A stretch of 64,000 nucleotides of DNA from Obrimoposthia wandeli (GCA_977020255.1 CDROCS010000506.1:868001-932000); one strand, 5' to 3'. Shown: positions 41,466 to 53,118, numbered from the stretch's first letter. The notes: generated by a model from the letters alone, not told the origin. Made by a program: numbers and translations.

Positions 41466-41500
41466 GAGGAAATACCTTTATCCTAATGTGATCAATAGCG

Positions 41501-42286
41501 CTAATATGCGCAAGCATTATTAAGTAACGAACAAATCAGTTCAGCGGCTCTTTGCCATTGCGCATCAAAGTGGAACATAAAGCTCTTTAATGATAAATAA
41601 ATAATAAATAAACCCGCGACCATACCCACCGCAAAACCTAAACTGAATACGTTTAACTGTGGCGCCGCTTTGGTCATCACACCAAATGAAAAGTTAATCA
41701 CCAGCATAGCAACAACCGCCGATAATGACATACTCAACGCTGCTGCAATCATCACCGACATCCAGCCAGCGATTTCATAGTATTGTATTGCAACCAAACC
41801 GGATTCCGATACGGGTAAGGTCTCAAACGATTTAACCACTGTTTCGATCATAAACAAATGACCGTTAACAGATAAGTAAACCAGCGTACCTAATAAAATA
41901 TAGATTTGGCCGATCACCGGAGACGTCTGCCCCGAACTCGGATCAGCCATAGAGGCAAAACCTAAGCTGGTTTGCATCGCAATAATTTGTCCCGCAACAA
42001 CAAATGTTTGAATCAACATCAAAGTCACAAAACCAACCGCGATACCAATCAAACTTTGTTGCAGGATTATCATAAAACTGGTTAACGAAAACAAGTCAAC
42101 ATTTGGCATCGGCGGTAATATGGGCGCCACCATGGCAGTTAAAGCGAGGCAATAAAATAACCGGATCATAACAGGCGTCGTTTTGGCACCACTGACGATC
42201 ATCACCATCACCATGCCTGATAGGCGAGCAAACGGCCAAATATAACTGGCCATAAATGTCATGATATCAGCCGACAGAATTTCCAC
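41501..42286 (-). CDS. fliR: Flagellar export protein FliR
   Basis: AGQIIAMQTSLGFA, KAAPQLNVFSLGF. Confidence 0.95.
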   Translation of the reverse strand: MEILSADIMTFMASYIWPFARLSGMVMVMIVSGAKTTPVMIRLFYCLALTAMVAPILPPMPNVDLFSLTSFMIILQQSLIGIAVGFVTLMLIQTFVVAGQIIAMQTSLGFASMADPSSGQTSPVIGQIYILLGTLVYLSVNGHLFMIETVVKSFETLPVSESGLVAIQYYEIAGWMSVMIAAALSMSLSAVVAMLVINFSFGVMTKAAPQLNVFSLGFAVGMVAGLFIIYLSLKSFMFHFDAQWQRAAELICSLLNNACAY

Positions 42287-42289
42287 TTA

Positions 42290-42559
42290 TTACCCTACAA
42301 CTTGTGGCACTTGCAGCATCATATTGGTGAAAAATTCCATTAATCGACCAAAGCCCCAATGCGCACCATAAATCAGTGCCAATAAGGTAGCAATTAAACG
42401 TGGTAAGAAACTCAGTGTTTGTTCATTAATCGACGTTGCGGCCTGAAATACAGAAACGACTAAACCAACCAGTAATCCGGGCACAACAACAGCACATACC
42501 AGCAGCAATACTGTCCATAATGCTTGTCGAAATATATCTACAAAGACTTCAGGTGCCAT
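42290..42559 (-). CDS. fliQ: Flagellar export protein FliQ
   Basis: VFQAATSINEQTLSFLPR. Confidence 0.96.
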   Translation of the reverse strand: MAPEVFVDIFRQALWTVLLLVCAVVVPGLLVGLVVSVFQAATSINEQTLSFLPRLIATLLALIYGAHWGFGRLMEFFTNMMLQVPQVVG

Positions 42560-42673
42560 GCTGATCCCTATTCCTTATTAACGAACTTGTTAATCCGCCG
42601 ATTAACCGACTGATGAACCTACTAATGAAGTTATGTGAGTTTTGGTACAAGTAAATATGCATAAAGAGCGTCG

Positions 42674-43420
42674 TCATAAACCAAAACTAGTTGCAAGCGT
42701 ACCCATAATCAGGCTCCAGCCATCAACCAGTACGAATAACATCAGTTTAAAGGGTAAAGAAACAATCATCGGCGATAGCATCATCATACCCATTGCCATC
42801 AAGATACTCGCCACAACCAAGTCAATAATCAAAAAGGGAATAAATACCATAAAACCAATTTGAAATGCCGTTTTTAACTCACTCGTTACAAAGGCAGGAA
42901 TCAATACTCTAAAAGGCACCTCTTCAGGCGAATCAGCTTCAACCTTAGCAATGCGCATAAAAGTATCAATGTCGGTGACACGCGTCTGCGCTAACATAAA
43001 TTGTTGCATCGGCAGTTTTGCTTGATCAAAAGCTTGTAGCGAGGTCAGCTCTTCATTTAAATAAGGCTGCAGGGCATTATCATTGATGCGTTCGAATACG
43101 GGCGACATAATGAAAAAAGACAGGAATAAGGTAATACCAACTAACACTTGGTTAGACGGACTTTGCTGCAGACCCAGCGCTTGACGTAAAATAGACAGCA
43201 CAATGATAATACGAGTAAACGAGGTCATCATGATTAACGCGGCAGGGATAAAACTCAGCGCCGTCATCATTGCTAAAATTTGCAAGGACACCGAATACTC
43301 TTGCGAACCATCGTCGTTGGTGATGAGTTTCACCGCCGACATCACCGAGTTATCAGCCCATGCTGCTGAGGTAAATAATACCAATAGCAAGGCGACTAAG
43401 ATCGTAAACTTACTTTTCAT
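42674..43420 (-). CDS. fliP: Flagellar export protein FliP
   Basis: [32 protein letters not shown]. Confidence 0.97.
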   Translation of the reverse strand: MKSKFTILVALLLVLFTSAAWADNSVMSAVKLITNDDGSQEYSVSLQILAMMTALSFIPAALIMMTSFTRIIIVLSILRQALGLQQSPSNQVLVGITLFLSFFIMSPVFERINDNALQPYLNEELTSLQAFDQAKLPMQQFMLAQTRVTDIDTFMRIAKVEADSPEEVPFRVLIPAFVTSELKTAFQIGFMVFIPFLIIDLVVASILMAMGMMMLSPMIVSLPFKLMLFVLVDGWSLIMGTLATSFGL

Positions 43421-43733
43421 TATGCGATTTCATCATTTGGGCTAATTTAGTAGCAAATGGATTGAGCTCTGGCTGATCATTTTCCAGTGGCTGCGGTAAT
43501 TCTTTAAGCAAATTAATTTGTTGTCCAGTGACGCCGACAAGCACTTGTTCGTTGCCTACCTTTATCACCATAATACGTTCTTTAGGCCCCAATGGTAACG
43601 TCGCAACAACCTGTAGTTGTTGGTGATTACTACCAAAAACACGCGACTTTTTAGCAATCCAAGCTAACATCAAGATAACCGCAAGAACCACCAGCAATGA
43701 TAATAGCCATTGCAGCATATCGAGATCGTCCAT
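43410..43733 (-). CDS. fliO: Flagellar protein FliO
   Basis: TM helix then [15 protein letters not shown]; between fliN and fliP. Confidence 0.9.
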   Translation of the reverse strand: MDDLDMLQWLLSLLVVLAVILMLAWIAKKSRVFGSNHQQLQVVATLPLGPKERIMVIKVGNEQVLVGVTGQQINLLKELPQPLENDQPELNPFATKLAQMMKSHNEK

Positions 43734-43734
43734 A

Positions 43735-44118
43735 TTATTTAAGTTTCTTAATACGTTCAGTTTGGCTGATAACGTCAGTTAAACGAATACCAAATTTGTC
43801 ATTAACAACAACTACTTCACCGTGAGCGATAAGCGTACCATTGACCATCACATCAAGCGGCTCACCGGCAATACGGTCAAGCTCAACAACAGAACCTTGG
43901 TTTAGCTGTAATAAATTACGAATACTAATTTTACTACGGCCAACTTCCATAGATATCACAACCGGAATATCAAGAATACTGTCTAATTTTTGTTGATGCT
44001 CTGATGTAAATGCATTGTCATCATTATTAAAATCTTCTAATTCAGTCGCTTCAACATGGCTTTGCTCTGCCATTGCAGCTGCCCAGTCATTTGCCATCTG
44101 ATCTTGATCTGCACTCAT
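43735..44118 (-). CDS. fliN: Motor switch protein FliN
   Basis: LDIPVVISMEVG, GEPLDVMVNG..IAHGEVVVV. Confidence 0.96.
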   Translation of the reverse strand: MSADQDQMANDWAAAMAEQSHVEATELEDFNNDDNAFTSEHQQKLDSILDIPVVISMEVGRSKISIRNLLQLNQGSVVELDRIAGEPLDVMVNGTLIAHGEVVVVNDKFGIRLTDVISQTERIKKLK

Positions 44119-44127
44119 TTCGAACCC

Positions 44128-45174
44128 TTATTTTTCATCGTTGTCATCAGCTAAATTCAATAAACCACCACGTAATGCTACATGGTCGATATCAGATTTA
44201 GTTAAATTACTTACTTTCAGTTTTTTACTAATCTTCACCGCTACATTATCTTTATTGCGACCGAGTTTGGCTTTATAACTCGGTAAGTCTTCAATAAAGA
44301 CTGTGAGCTCTTCAGGCATATCAACCGGGATGATATCACCGGCTTTTAACTCCATGATTTGCCCTAGCGTTAGCTCGGTTTCAAGCAATCGCGTGCTAAG
44401 CTCGACGGGTACATCTAAGATCTCTTCTTGTAATGCCGAACTCCAGCGCTCATCCGTATCTTCTTTATCACTTTGCACACCCGCATCAAGTAATTCACGG
44501 ATCGGCTCTAACATCGAATACGGCATAGTAATATGGAAATCACCACCACCACCATCAAGCTCGATATGGAATGAACTCACTACCACAACTTCAGTTGGGC
44601 TAACAATATTCGCCATCGCTGGGTTTACTTCCGAATCAAGGTATTCAAATTCTGAATCCATGACTGGCGCCCAGGCTTCATGATAATCTTCAAATACTAT
44701 CTTCAGCAACATTTGAATAATTCGGCGTTCTGTTGGGGTAAATTCACGCCCTTCAATTTTGGCATGATAACGGCCATCGCCACCAAAGAAATTCTCAACC
44801 AAAATAAACACTAAACGTGCTTCCATGGTCACTAACGCGGTGCCTTTTAAGGGTCTAAAGCGCACCATGTTTAAACTCGTCGGTACAAACAATGTATGTA
44901 CGTACTCGCCGAACTTAAGCATCTGCACGCCATTAATTGATACTTCAGCAGTACGACGCATCATATTAAAGAGGCTGATCCGCATGTGACGCGCGAAACG
45001 TTCATTAACCAACTCCAGCGTTGGCATACGACCACGCACAATACGGTCTTGCGATGAAAAGTCAAAATCAACAATACTGGAGCTGTCTTCGACGGTGTCA
45101 AACTCATCTTCTTCGACATCATCGACACCATGTAATAGCGCATCAATCTCGTCTTGGCTTAATAAATCACTCAC
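44128..45174 (-). CDS. fliM: Motor switch protein FliM
   Basis: MSDLLSQDEIDALL CheY-binding peptide, RGRMPTLE. Confidence 0.97.
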   Translation of the reverse strand: MSDLLSQDEIDALLHGVDDVEEDEFDTVEDSSSIVDFDFSSQDRIVRGRMPTLELVNERFARHMRISLFNMMRRTAEVSINGVQMLKFGEYVHTLFVPTSLNMVRFRPLKGTALVTMEARLVFILVENFFGGDGRYHAKIEGREFTPTERRIIQMLLKIVFEDYHEAWAPVMDSEFEYLDSEVNPAMANIVSPTEVVVVSSFHIELDGGGGDFHITMPYSMLEPIRELLDAGVQSDKEDTDERWSSALQEEILDVPVELSTRLLETELTLGQIMELKAGDIIPVDMPEELTVFIEDLPSYKAKLGRNKDNVAVKISKKLKVSNLTKSDIDHVALRGGLLNLADDNDEK

Positions 45175-45181
45175 AAATAAC

Positions 45182-45688
45182 CTATTGCATTACAAAACCG
45201 GAAAACAGGATTTTTTCAATCGCTGCAACGCCGGTATATTTTGTCAAAATGTCGTTCACACTCGTTAATGAGTCCGAACGTACTAATTCTTTACCTTCAT
45301 AGGTAGCTAATTGCTGCTCAGTGGTGGCACTAAACACTTGCAGTAATGTACTTTCAACCAAGGGAATATTGGCTTTCGCTAATTCTTGATTATCACTGCC
45401 GCGAACCATTAGCTGTACTTTTATCTGCACCAGACGTTCACGCTTCAATCCAATAATATTAAATACAAAAGGACGAGGCATAGCGACATAATAAGCAGTC
45501 TGACTCGCTGACTTATCGACCGTTTTAGTGACAACTTCCGCACTTTCAGGTGCAGCATTGTCATCTCCTAACAAGAAAAATGCCGCCGCGCCACCCGCAA
45601 GTGCTAATACTAAAATAACCGCGATAATAATAATTTTCTTATTACCTTTACCACTGTCTTCTATTTTTAAATCTTTATCGTCGGCCAT
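45182..45688 (-). CDS. fliL: Flagellar basal body protein FliL
   Basis: Single TM helix, YYVAMPRPFVFN, ILFSGFVMQ. Confidence 0.93.
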   Translation of the reverse strand: MADDKDLKIEDSGKGNKKIIIIAVILVLALAGGAAAFFLLGDDNAAPESAEVVTKTVDKSASQTAYYVAMPRPFVFNIIGLKRERLVQIKVQLMVRGSDNQELAKANIPLVESTLLQVFSATTEQQLATYEGKELVRSDSLTSVNDILTKYTGVAAIEKILFSGFVMQ

Positions 45689-45753
45689 TGTGGTCCTTAA
45701 ATCGAATAGTCTATTACGCTATATTTATACTGGTACGTCATTGATTACACAGC

Positions 45754-47280
45754 TTAGGCGTAAAAGTCTACGCCTTTCGCCGAGTCTTGCCAATGCTGAG
45801 TTGTCACAGGGGCTTCACTCTGTGATTCTATCGCGTAATTCGTTTCGTTATTGCTATTTTTTTGTCCGTTTTCTTGTCCTGATTGCTGAAATCCAGATTG
45901 CTGTTGCCCACTGTCAGCTTGTACCTGTGTATCACCCAGTGTTATGCCTTGTTGTTGAAGCATTTCTCTTAATCGCGGCATTTGTTGTTCAAGTAGATCT
46001 CGACTTTGATGATTCTGCGCTTGGATTGTCACATTTATCTGATCATTTTGCACAACCAATTTGATATTCATACTACCCAATTCTGCTGGGTCTAGACGAA
46101 TTGTCGCCGTTTGTAATTCTTTACCTGCCATGATGGCTATTTTTTCATTTAATTCTGAACTCGCGAGATTGTTATTAAGATTAACGCGCTTCTCTAATAC
46201 TTGCTGTTCAGCGTCAGTTAATACCGGCGCCTTTGCCAAAGTACGAGTGGTTTGATCTAACAATTCCGGTTTACGTGCTGACTCCATAATTTGCGCAAAG
46301 TCGAGTTGTTCAATCGGTTCCGCGGCAGTGCCATTCAATTGATCTAGCGCTGAATTGTTACTCTTTACTGCAGCGCTGCTGATTCCAACGGCCATCGCAT
46401 TGGTTTGCCCAAACGGTGTGTTTTTCGCCAGCCCTGCTTCACCTAAACTTGTAGCTAAGCTTGGTTTTCCAGCTCCATCTAATAGCTCATTATCACCAGA
46501 GCCATCATTAGAACTATCACTAAAATTATCACTAAAACCAGCACCATTCATTACATCGCCAGTAGACAATGAATCATTTTTCGCAGAACGGGTGTTATTG
46601 TCCGTCAGGCCTGCAACTGTCGACATACCTGCTAATGTTGACGCTGTTAGCGTATCGATTGGACCTGTCTTTTCTGTAGAGCTACTCTCTAACGAGGGTA
46701 AATCAGTCATGCCTGTTGATGAAGCTGTGGCTGTGGCTGTGGCTGTGGCAATATTCGCCCCTTCTTCTGCTAAAGGCAATTCGTTACCGTTATTTTTAGC
46801 ATCAGCTACTGGGTCACCTGCTGACGATTGCCCCGCTTCACTCACTGCATTACCTTGCAACAGCATAGATGATTGACCAAGACGCGCTAAAAAGTCATCA
46901 CTGCTTTCACCTTTTAACGAACTGTCTGCTCGACTCATGGTACTTAACTCATCGCCAGCTATCGCTGCAACGTCATTCGTGTTATCCGTTAAGCCAGCGT
47001 CAACGCCCTTATCAATACCATCATCAATGCCATCGTTAATATTGTCGCTAGCACCAAGCGTAGCAGTCTTGTCCGTTTTAACGGTGCTGCTATCAAGGGG
47101 CGTTTTATTATCATTATTAAAGAGAGAAAATAATTTAGAGAAGCTACTTTCAGCAGAACTCGACTCACCATCACCCGCAATATCGGCAGCAGCATCGCCT
47201 TTGACATTCTGCGTAGACGATTTGTTATTCGCCGCCTGCGTCTCTGTCATTGCTGTTGATTTTAGTAGAGAGAAAGTCAT
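45754..47280 (-). CDS. fliK: Hook-length control protein FliK
   Basis: Low-complexity N-terminal region; IRLDPAELGSM..., LEQQMPRLREML, VDFYA C-terminus. Confidence 0.93.
   Translation of the reverse strand: MTFSLLKSTAMTETQAANNKSSTQNVKGDAAADIAGDGESSSAESSFSKLFSLFNNDNKTPLDSSTVKTDKTATLGASDNINDGIDDGIDKGVDAGLTDNTNDVAAIAGDELSTMSRADSSLKGESSDDFLARLGQSSMLLQGNAVSEAGQSSAGDPVADAKNNGNELPLAEEGANIATATATATASSTGMTDLPSLESSSTEKTGPIDTLTASTLAGMSTVAGLTDNNTRSAKNDSLSTGDVMNGAGFSDNFSDSSNDGSGDNELLDGAGKPSLATSLGEAGLAKNTPFGQTNAMAVGISSAAVKSNNSALDQLNGTAAEPIEQLDFAQIMESARKPELLDQTTRTLAKAPVLTDAEQQVLEKRVNLNNNLASSELNEKIAIMAGKELQTATIRLDPAELGSMNIKLVVQNDQINVTIQAQNHQSRDLLEQQMPRLREMLQQQGITLGDTQVQADSGQQQSGFQQSGQENGQKNSNNETNYAIESQSEAPVTTQHWQDSAKGVDFYA
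46724..46747 (-). repeat. (GCTGTG)4 in-frame microsatellite encoding (TA)n in FliK
   Basis: Seen directly. Confidence 0.9.
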
Positions 47281-47325
47281 AGTTAAGCCTGAATGTCATC
47301 AATAAGAAGTTATAGTAAATACAAC

Positions 47326-47341
47326 TGCAAAATTCACGCCA
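47326..47341 (-). promoter_or_regulatory. sigma54 promoter of fliK
   Basis: TGGCGT-GAATT-TTGCA. Confidence 0.8.
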
Positions 47342-47361
47342 GATTATGCTATTACGTGCGT

Positions 47362-47808
47362 TTAGCGGTTATTTTTACGCTTGAAGTATTGGAAGTTAGA
47401 AAACTCATCCAGCTCTTTTTGCTCGCGGCGATGTTCGACAAGTTGCGCTGCGGTTTTACGCTTATCCAACAACAAGCCTAAGGCATCACGTTTCTTACGG
47501 ATCTCCATCCAATCCAGATGCTTGTTTGTGACTGTTTGCTGGATATTATCCAACGCCTGCTTTTGCTCAAATTCGGCGAGTTCTAGTTTTTTCATGAAGT
47601 TATGATAGTGCGCATAACTATCACCCGAAATACCTTCGGCACCTTTGTCAGTAAATTTCTGCAAGTATTGTTTACGATAATCACTTAACTGCTGCATTTG
47701 AGTATGATAACGCACTGCATCTTGCTTAATCATCGCATAGACTCTTGAGGCATTTTTTTCTTGTTCTTCAAGCTGTTGGTAGACACGCTCTAATGCGGTA
47801 TTAGACAT
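47362..47808 (-). CDS. fliJ: Flagellar export chaperone FliJ
   Basis: 148 aa coiled coil between fliI and fliK; EQKELDEF. Confidence 0.92.
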   Translation of the reverse strand: MSNTALERVYQQLEEQEKNASRVYAMIKQDAVRYHTQMQQLSDYRKQYLQKFTDKGAEGISGDSYAHYHNFMKKLELAEFEQKQALDNIQQTVTNKHLDWMEIRKKRDALGLLLDKRKTAAQLVEHRREQKELDEFSNFQYFKRKNNR

Positions 47809-47826
47809 ATTATTGACACTGTTTCA

Positions 47827-49164
47827 TTATGGCAGCGCTACACCTAAATGTGGGGCGATTGCGGTCAGCATTTCTTCACATTGTGAAAACGGAATAACTT
47901 CTTTCATTCCTTGCTGTAAGAATTGGTCCATCGCTGGTTTTAAGCGAATGGCGCGGTCAATTTTAGCATCGGCGCCTTGATTATATGCACCAATAGCCAC
48001 CAGATCTTTATTCTGTTGGTATAACGAATACGCTTGCTTAAAACCACGTGCGGCGGCTTGATGAAAGTCACTGGTTACCATCGGCATAACACGACTAATC
48101 GATTTCTCAATATCAATCGCAGGATAATGCCCAGCGTCAGTTAACTCTCGTGATAATACAATATGACCATCCAAGATTGCGCGTGATGCATCAGCAATCG
48201 GATCTTGTAGATCATCGCCTTCGGTCAGTACGGTAAAGAATGCGGTGATAGAGCCTTGCTCATCACTGCCGTTACCTGCACGTTCCACCAGCTGCGGTAA
48301 TTTTGCAAATACCGATGGTGGATAACCTTTAGTCGCCGGTGGTTCACCGACAGCTAAGGCAATTTCACGTTGTGCTTGGGCAAAACGCGTCAACGAATCC
48401 ATCAGCAGTAAAACATTTAAACCTTGGTCACGGAAATATTCCGCAATGGCCAATGCGGTTTCACAGCCTTTCAAACGCATCAAAGGGGAAGCATCAGCAG
48501 GTGCTGCAACAACGACTGAACGCGCACGTCCTTCGTCACCAAGGATCTCTTCAATAAATTCTTTTACTTCTCGACCACGTTCACCAATCAAACCAACGAC
48601 AACTACATCGGCAGTAGAGCCCCGTGTCATCATGCCTAACAGCACACTTTTACCGACACCAGAACCAGCAAACAGTCCCATACGCTGGCCTTGGCCTACG
48701 GTAAGCATAGCGTTAATGGCTTTAACACCGACATCAAGTGGCTTGGATATTTGTTTACGTGACAGTGGATTAATACGTTTGGCAGTAAAAGACGTGGTTT
48801 GCCCGGTAATGATCTCGCCTTTACCGTCAATCGGCTTGCCGACACCGTCTAATACTCGCCCAAGTAATTCCATGCCAACCGGAATACCTTGAGTTTCATT
48901 AAGCGGGGTGACTTTGGCGCCGGGAATAATGCCAGTGACTTGTTCACTGGGCATTAAGAATAATTTGTCACCATCAAAACCAACAACCTCGGCATCCATC
49001 AGCCCGTTATCGGTTTCGACAGAACACAAACTGCCAATCGCAGCGCGGCAACCAACAGCTTCGAGCGTCAAGCCAACAACACGTGTCAACTTGCCCGCGA
49101 CAGTTGGTTTGTTTGCCAAGGAGTCCGTTTTTAATTGTTGTAATCGACTAAGGAGCTCGGTCAT
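47827..49164 (-). CDS. fliI: Flagellar export ATPase FliI
   Basis: [30 protein letters not shown]. Confidence 0.97.
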   Translation of the reverse strand: MTELLSRLQQLKTDSLANKPTVAGKLTRVVGLTLEAVGCRAAIGSLCSVETDNGLMDAEVVGFDGDKLFLMPSEQVTGIIPGAKVTPLNETQGIPVGMELLGRVLDGVGKPIDGKGEIITGQTTSFTAKRINPLSRKQISKPLDVGVKAINAMLTVGQGQRMGLFAGSGVGKSVLLGMMTRGSTADVVVVGLIGERGREVKEFIEEILGDEGRARSVVVAAPADASPLMRLKGCETALAIAEYFRDQGLNVLLLMDSLTRFAQAQREIALAVGEPPATKGYPPSVFAKLPQLVERAGNGSDEQGSITAFFTVLTEGDDLQDPIADASRAILDGHIVLSRELTDAGHYPAIDIEKSISRVMPMVTSDFHQAAARGFKQAYSLYQQNKDLVAIGAYNQGADAKIDRAIRLKPAMDQFLQQGMKEVIPFSQCEEMLTAIAPHLGVALP

Positions 49165-49964
49165 TATGCGCCCGGTTTATTAGCAATAAGGAATTGACGC
49201 ATCATCTGTTTGATACGCTGTTCCATTAATAATTCAACCGAAGAAACTTCGTTATTAATAACCAAATCACCTTGTTTCATCATCGGCTCCGAGATTAATA
49301 CCCAACCACGTTTCTCACATTCTTCCGCAGCGTAGTATTCATTAATCACGGCTAAATCATCAGGATGCAATGTAATGGTAATTTTTTGTTCCAGCACAGG
49401 TAACGCCGCCAGTGCTAATTTTAATGTTTGTAGCAATATGTCGTGATTAAAAGTGACTTCGGTTTTAATTAACTCTTCCGCTAAGCCTGTAGCCACACGA
49501 ATTAATTCACTTTCAACTTCACTATTAACGGCAGCTAAAGGCGTATGCATTTGCGTTTGCAATTGTTCCCAAGCTGTCGCCTTTTCTATGATTTGGTGCT
49601 GACCTTCTGCCAGTCCTTGTGCGAGACCTTGCGCAAGCCCGTCGGTTTCGCCTTGGCTAAGCCCTTCAGCTGTACCACTCGCTAAACCATCTTGGTAACC
49701 TTGTTCTTTGCCTTCAGCAAAACCATCGTCATAAGCCGCTTGACGTATTGCATCAAGCTCTTCAGCCGTCATCGGCTGAGGTTCAATCTCTTCAACCTGT
49801 TCATGACTCGGTTTACCTTCATACCAGTCATGCTTCATACCTAGCGCATTAGTATTAAGCGCTGCAGCTTGAGTATTCTCAAATTCAGGTAAATACCAAT
49901 CTTCTATTTGGTGTTCATCTGAACCTTCAAAAGCAGGAATATTGTGTTTTGAGCTCTCTGTCAT
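49164..49964 (-). CDS. fliH: Flagellar assembly protein FliH
   Basis: GxxxG repeats ([13 protein letters not shown]...), LHPDDL. Confidence 0.95.
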   Translation of the reverse strand: MTESSKHNIPAFEGSDEHQIEDWYLPEFENTQAAALNTNALGMKHDWYEGKPSHEQVEEIEPQPMTAEELDAIRQAAYDDGFAEGKEQGYQDGLASGTAEGLSQGETDGLAQGLAQGLAEGQHQIIEKATAWEQLQTQMHTPLAAVNSEVESELIRVATGLAEELIKTEVTFNHDILLQTLKLALAALPVLEQKITITLHPDDLAVINEYYAAEECEKRGWVLISEPMMKQGDLVINNEVSSVELLMEQRIKQMMRQFLIANKPGA

Positions 49965-49991
49965 CGGGATATTCCATCAACGGAAATGTGC

Positions 49992-51035
49992 TTACAAGAA
50001 GTCATCACCACCGCCTCCGCCTAACATAATGTCACCACTGTCAGCTAAGCGACGCGCAATAGATAAGATCTCTTTCTGCGCAGATTCAACTTCACTAACG
50101 CGGATAGGACCCATTGCTTCGAGATCGTCTTCCAACATTTCAACTTGACGTTTCGACATGTTTTTAAAGATCTTATCTTTGAGCTGATCATCAGCACCTT
50201 TCAGTGCTTTTTGGAGTTGCTCTTGGCTCACTTCACGCAGCAAGGCTTGAATGCCACGGTCATCAACATCGATAAGATTTTCAAATACAAACATAAGGTC
50301 TTGGATCTGCTGACTGATCTCTTCGTCTGACTCACGAATAGCATCCATTAACTGACCTTCAATATTGGTATCGAGGTAGTTCATAATATTAGCAGCAGCT
50401 TTCAGGCCACCCATTTTCGCAGCTTGAGCACCAGATTGACCAGCAAACTGTTTCTCCATGATCTCGTTAAGTTCATGCAGTGCCGCAGGTTGTACTTCTT
50501 CAAGGTTAGCAATACGCATCATTAAGTCGATCCGTACTTTATCTTGGAATTGCGATAAGATCTCAGCTGATTGTTCAGGTTCTAAATAAGACAATACAAT
50601 GGTTTGGATCTGAGGATGCTCATTATGAATGATATTCGCTACCTGACGTGCATCCATCCATTTCAGTGAATCAAGACCTTTAGCGCCACTACCCATGATG
50701 ATTTGATCAACCAGGTTACCGGCTTTATCTGCACCTAACGCCGCAGTTAAGGCATTACGTACGAAGTCTTCGCTGCCGACACCAATGTTAGTGAACTTTT
50801 GGATATCATCAATAAACGCACGATGTACACCAGCCACTTTAATTTGTGAAAAATCTTTCATCGATGCCATCGCCATACCCAAGCGCTGTACTTGTTTTGG
50901 CTCTAATTGACGAAAAATAGTCGCCGCATCACCTTCATTCAGGCTCAGCATTAATATTGCTGAACGTTCAATACCAGTTAAAGTGCTCGCATCGAACTTA
51001 TCGGTCGTTGCTACTTGTTTGTTCGAATTAGGCAT
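49992..51035 (-). CDS. fliG: Motor switch protein FliG
   Basis: EHPQIQTIVL, MFVFENL, MGPIRVSEVE. Confidence 0.97.
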   Translation of the reverse strand: MPNSNKQVATTDKFDASTLTGIERSAILMLSLNEGDAATIFRQLEPKQVQRLGMAMASMKDFSQIKVAGVHRAFIDDIQKFTNIGVGSEDFVRNALTAALGADKAGNLVDQIIMGSGAKGLDSLKWMDARQVANIIHNEHPQIQTIVLSYLEPEQSAEILSQFQDKVRIDLMMRIANLEEVQPAALHELNEIMEKQFAGQSGAQAAKMGGLKAAANIMNYLDTNIEGQLMDAIRESDEEISQQIQDLMFVFENLIDVDDRGIQALLREVSQEQLQKALKGADDQLKDKIFKNMSKRQVEMLEDDLEAMGPIRVSEVESAQKEILSIARRLADSGDIMLGGGGGDDFL

Positions 51036-52737
51036 CTTCTATCATCCATTCTTTTATCACTAATGCAGTTAAGTCAGGTTCGTTGGCAACCAGTGCACGA
51101 ACCGCTTCTAGCAAGTCTTCATCTTTATGTAAATTAGGTAATTGCAAATGACCACTGCGCATCGCAAAGTCAGTATCACCATCGCTATCTGCGGTAAGTA
51201 ATTGCATGTCTTCATCATTTTCAATTGCGCTAATACCTAAATCTAAATCTTCTTTGCTTTCTTCTGGTTCGTTGTTAATTAAACGCTTAATCATAGGGCG
51301 AATAATCGCCATGATTAATACCATAATGACAATCAAACTTGCGACAATACGAAGTGCGCGCCAAAACCACTCTTCTTCCCAGATAGGTAAATCAGCCATC
51401 GCTGCTAATTCAGGACGATTAAACGGGATAGCAACAACTTCTAAGCTATCACCACGATTAACATTGAAACCAACACCACCTTGTAATACACGGCGAATAT
51501 TAGCAATCTCAGCTTGGCTACGCGGTTCTCTTACCAAGGTACCATCTGCACCAGTACTGTTAATGTAATCGACAGCAACCGAAACACTTAAGCGTTGAAT
51601 AACACCGGTTTGTGATTTGGTATGACTGATGGTGGTATCGAGCTCGTAGTTTCGAGTTGATTCTTTTTGCGACTGACCAATGGGACGTGCTGGAGCATTA
51701 CCCGCGCCCGCTTCTTCTGGAATATCAGCATCCAATGGCGGTTGATTGGTTAATGCGCCTGGAATACCTTGATTACCATTACCCAGTGATTGACGTTCAA
51801 GTATCATTTCACTACGGATTGCCGGTAAATCAGGGTTAAAGCGTTTCTGTGTTTGTTCCGTCACGCTAAAGTCCATAGATACATCAACTTCAGCGGTATA
51901 GTTATTTACGCCCAAAATAGGCATAAGAATAGAATCAATTTTTTCACGGTACTCACGTTCGTGATTTTTGACCATCTCAAATTCGCGGCGACCTTTTGCA
52001 GCCGTCATGTCTTGGTTACCCGAGTTCAACAGGCGACCATTTTGATCTGTTAGTGTCACACGCGTTGGCTCTAACCCCTGCACAGCAGACGCAACCAACT
52101 GCACCATAGAATCAATATTTTCTTGAGAGAGAGCACCACTATTACGAACCGTTAATATCACCGTAGCACTGGGTTTCTTTTCGCGTTTCGCAAATACATT
52201 TTCTTTCGGGATCGCCAGTAGCACCTGTGCTTTTGACACATGTTTAAATTCTTCTAATGCGCGTGATATTTGACGTTCTCGACCAAGTTTTAAACGCTCA
52301 CGTTCAACCCGTTGACTGACACCAAAGCCCATATCTTTCATTAAGATATCGTCACCTTGTAATTCTGTCGTCGCTAATCCAGAACGGCGTAAATTAAGCT
52401 TAATGTCTTGATATTGTTCTGCAGGCACAGACACAGTATCGCCATTAATTTTATATTCTATTTTTTGTAGGTCTAAAAATTCGAGTGTTTCAATGAGTTC
52501 AGCCGTTTGGAATGTGCCTAACGGACGCATTTCTGGTTCTTTACCCCAGAGTAAAATAAATACCACTAAGGTTAGCGAGATCGCTAATGCAAGTATTAAA
52601 ATTATTTGGCGTAAGATATCAGCATTAGAAAAGAAACCAAATGCAGAGCTTTTTTGCTCATTTTCATCTAATTGCGCTAAATCATTACCCATATCGTTAT
52701 TGTTTGCGATACCTGTATTTGAAGCTGTATCAGCCAC
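51028..52737 (-). CDS. fliF: MS-ring protein FliF
   Basis: Two TM helices, KKPSATVIL, AIRSE, RNYELD. Confidence 0.96.
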   Translation of the reverse strand: MADTASNTGIANNNDMGNDLAQLDENEQKSSAFGFFSNADILRQIILILALAISLTLVVFILLWGKEPEMRPLGTFQTAELIETLEFLDLQKIEYKINGDTVSVPAEQYQDIKLNLRRSGLATTELQGDDILMKDMGFGVSQRVERERLKLGRERQISRALEEFKHVSKAQVLLAIPKENVFAKREKKPSATVILTVRNSGALSQENIDSMVQLVASAVQGLEPTRVTLTDQNGRLLNSGNQDMTAAKGRREFEMVKNHEREYREKIDSILMPILGVNNYTAEVDVSMDFSVTEQTQKRFNPDLPAIRSEMILERQSLGNGNQGIPGALTNQPPLDADIPEEAGAGNAPARPIGQSQKESTRNYELDTTISHTKSQTGVIQRLSVSVAVDYINSTGADGTLVREPRSQAEIANIRRVLQGGVGFNVNRGDSLEVVAIPFNRPELAAMADLPIWEEEWFWRALRIVASLIVIMVLIMAIIRPMIKRLINNEPEESKEDLDLGISAIENDEDMQLLTADSDGDTDFAMRSGHLQLPNLHKDEDLLEAVRALVANEPDLTALVIKEWMIEDA

Positions 52738-52759
52738 AGCAGTACTCCTTTACCCGAGA

Positions 52760-53089
52760 TTAAACAGGCATGCTCATTATTTCTTTATAGGATTCGATCA
52801 GCTTGTTGCGAACCTGAACCGTAGCGTCGAAAGCCACCCCAGATTTTTGCGAGGCTATCATAACATCACTTAGGGATACACTGCGATCACCTTGATCGAA
52901 TCGAGTGCGTAAATCGCCTGTAGTCTGTTGTAATCCGTTCACATTATCCATTGCTTGCTGCAACATATCACCAAAATTAGCCGATGTCGTGCTTGGCGCT
53001 TTGACGGCTGTTGGATCGACTTCAAATTTAGTCGCTTGTAACGACATGCTTTGCATTTCAGAGTAAAGATTATTGGCTGCGATGTTCAT
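52760..53089 (-). CDS. fliE: Hook-basal body protein FliE
   Basis: DVMIASQKS...VQVRNKLIESYKEIMSMPV. Confidence 0.96.
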   Translation of the reverse strand: MNIAANNLYSEMQSMSLQATKFEVDPTAVKAPSTTSANFGDMLQQAMDNVNGLQQTTGDLRTRFDQGDRSVSLSDVMIASQKSGVAFDATVQVRNKLIESYKEIMSMPV

Positions 53090-53104
53090 TGATTATCCTT
53101 GGTT

Positions 53105-53118
53105 GTCATATTTTTGAC
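53105..53118. promoter_or_regulatory. Putative FlrA/FleQ box in the fliE leader
   Basis: GTCA-tatttt-TGAC, matching the FleQ-type GTCA-N6-TGAC palindrome. Confidence 0.55.
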
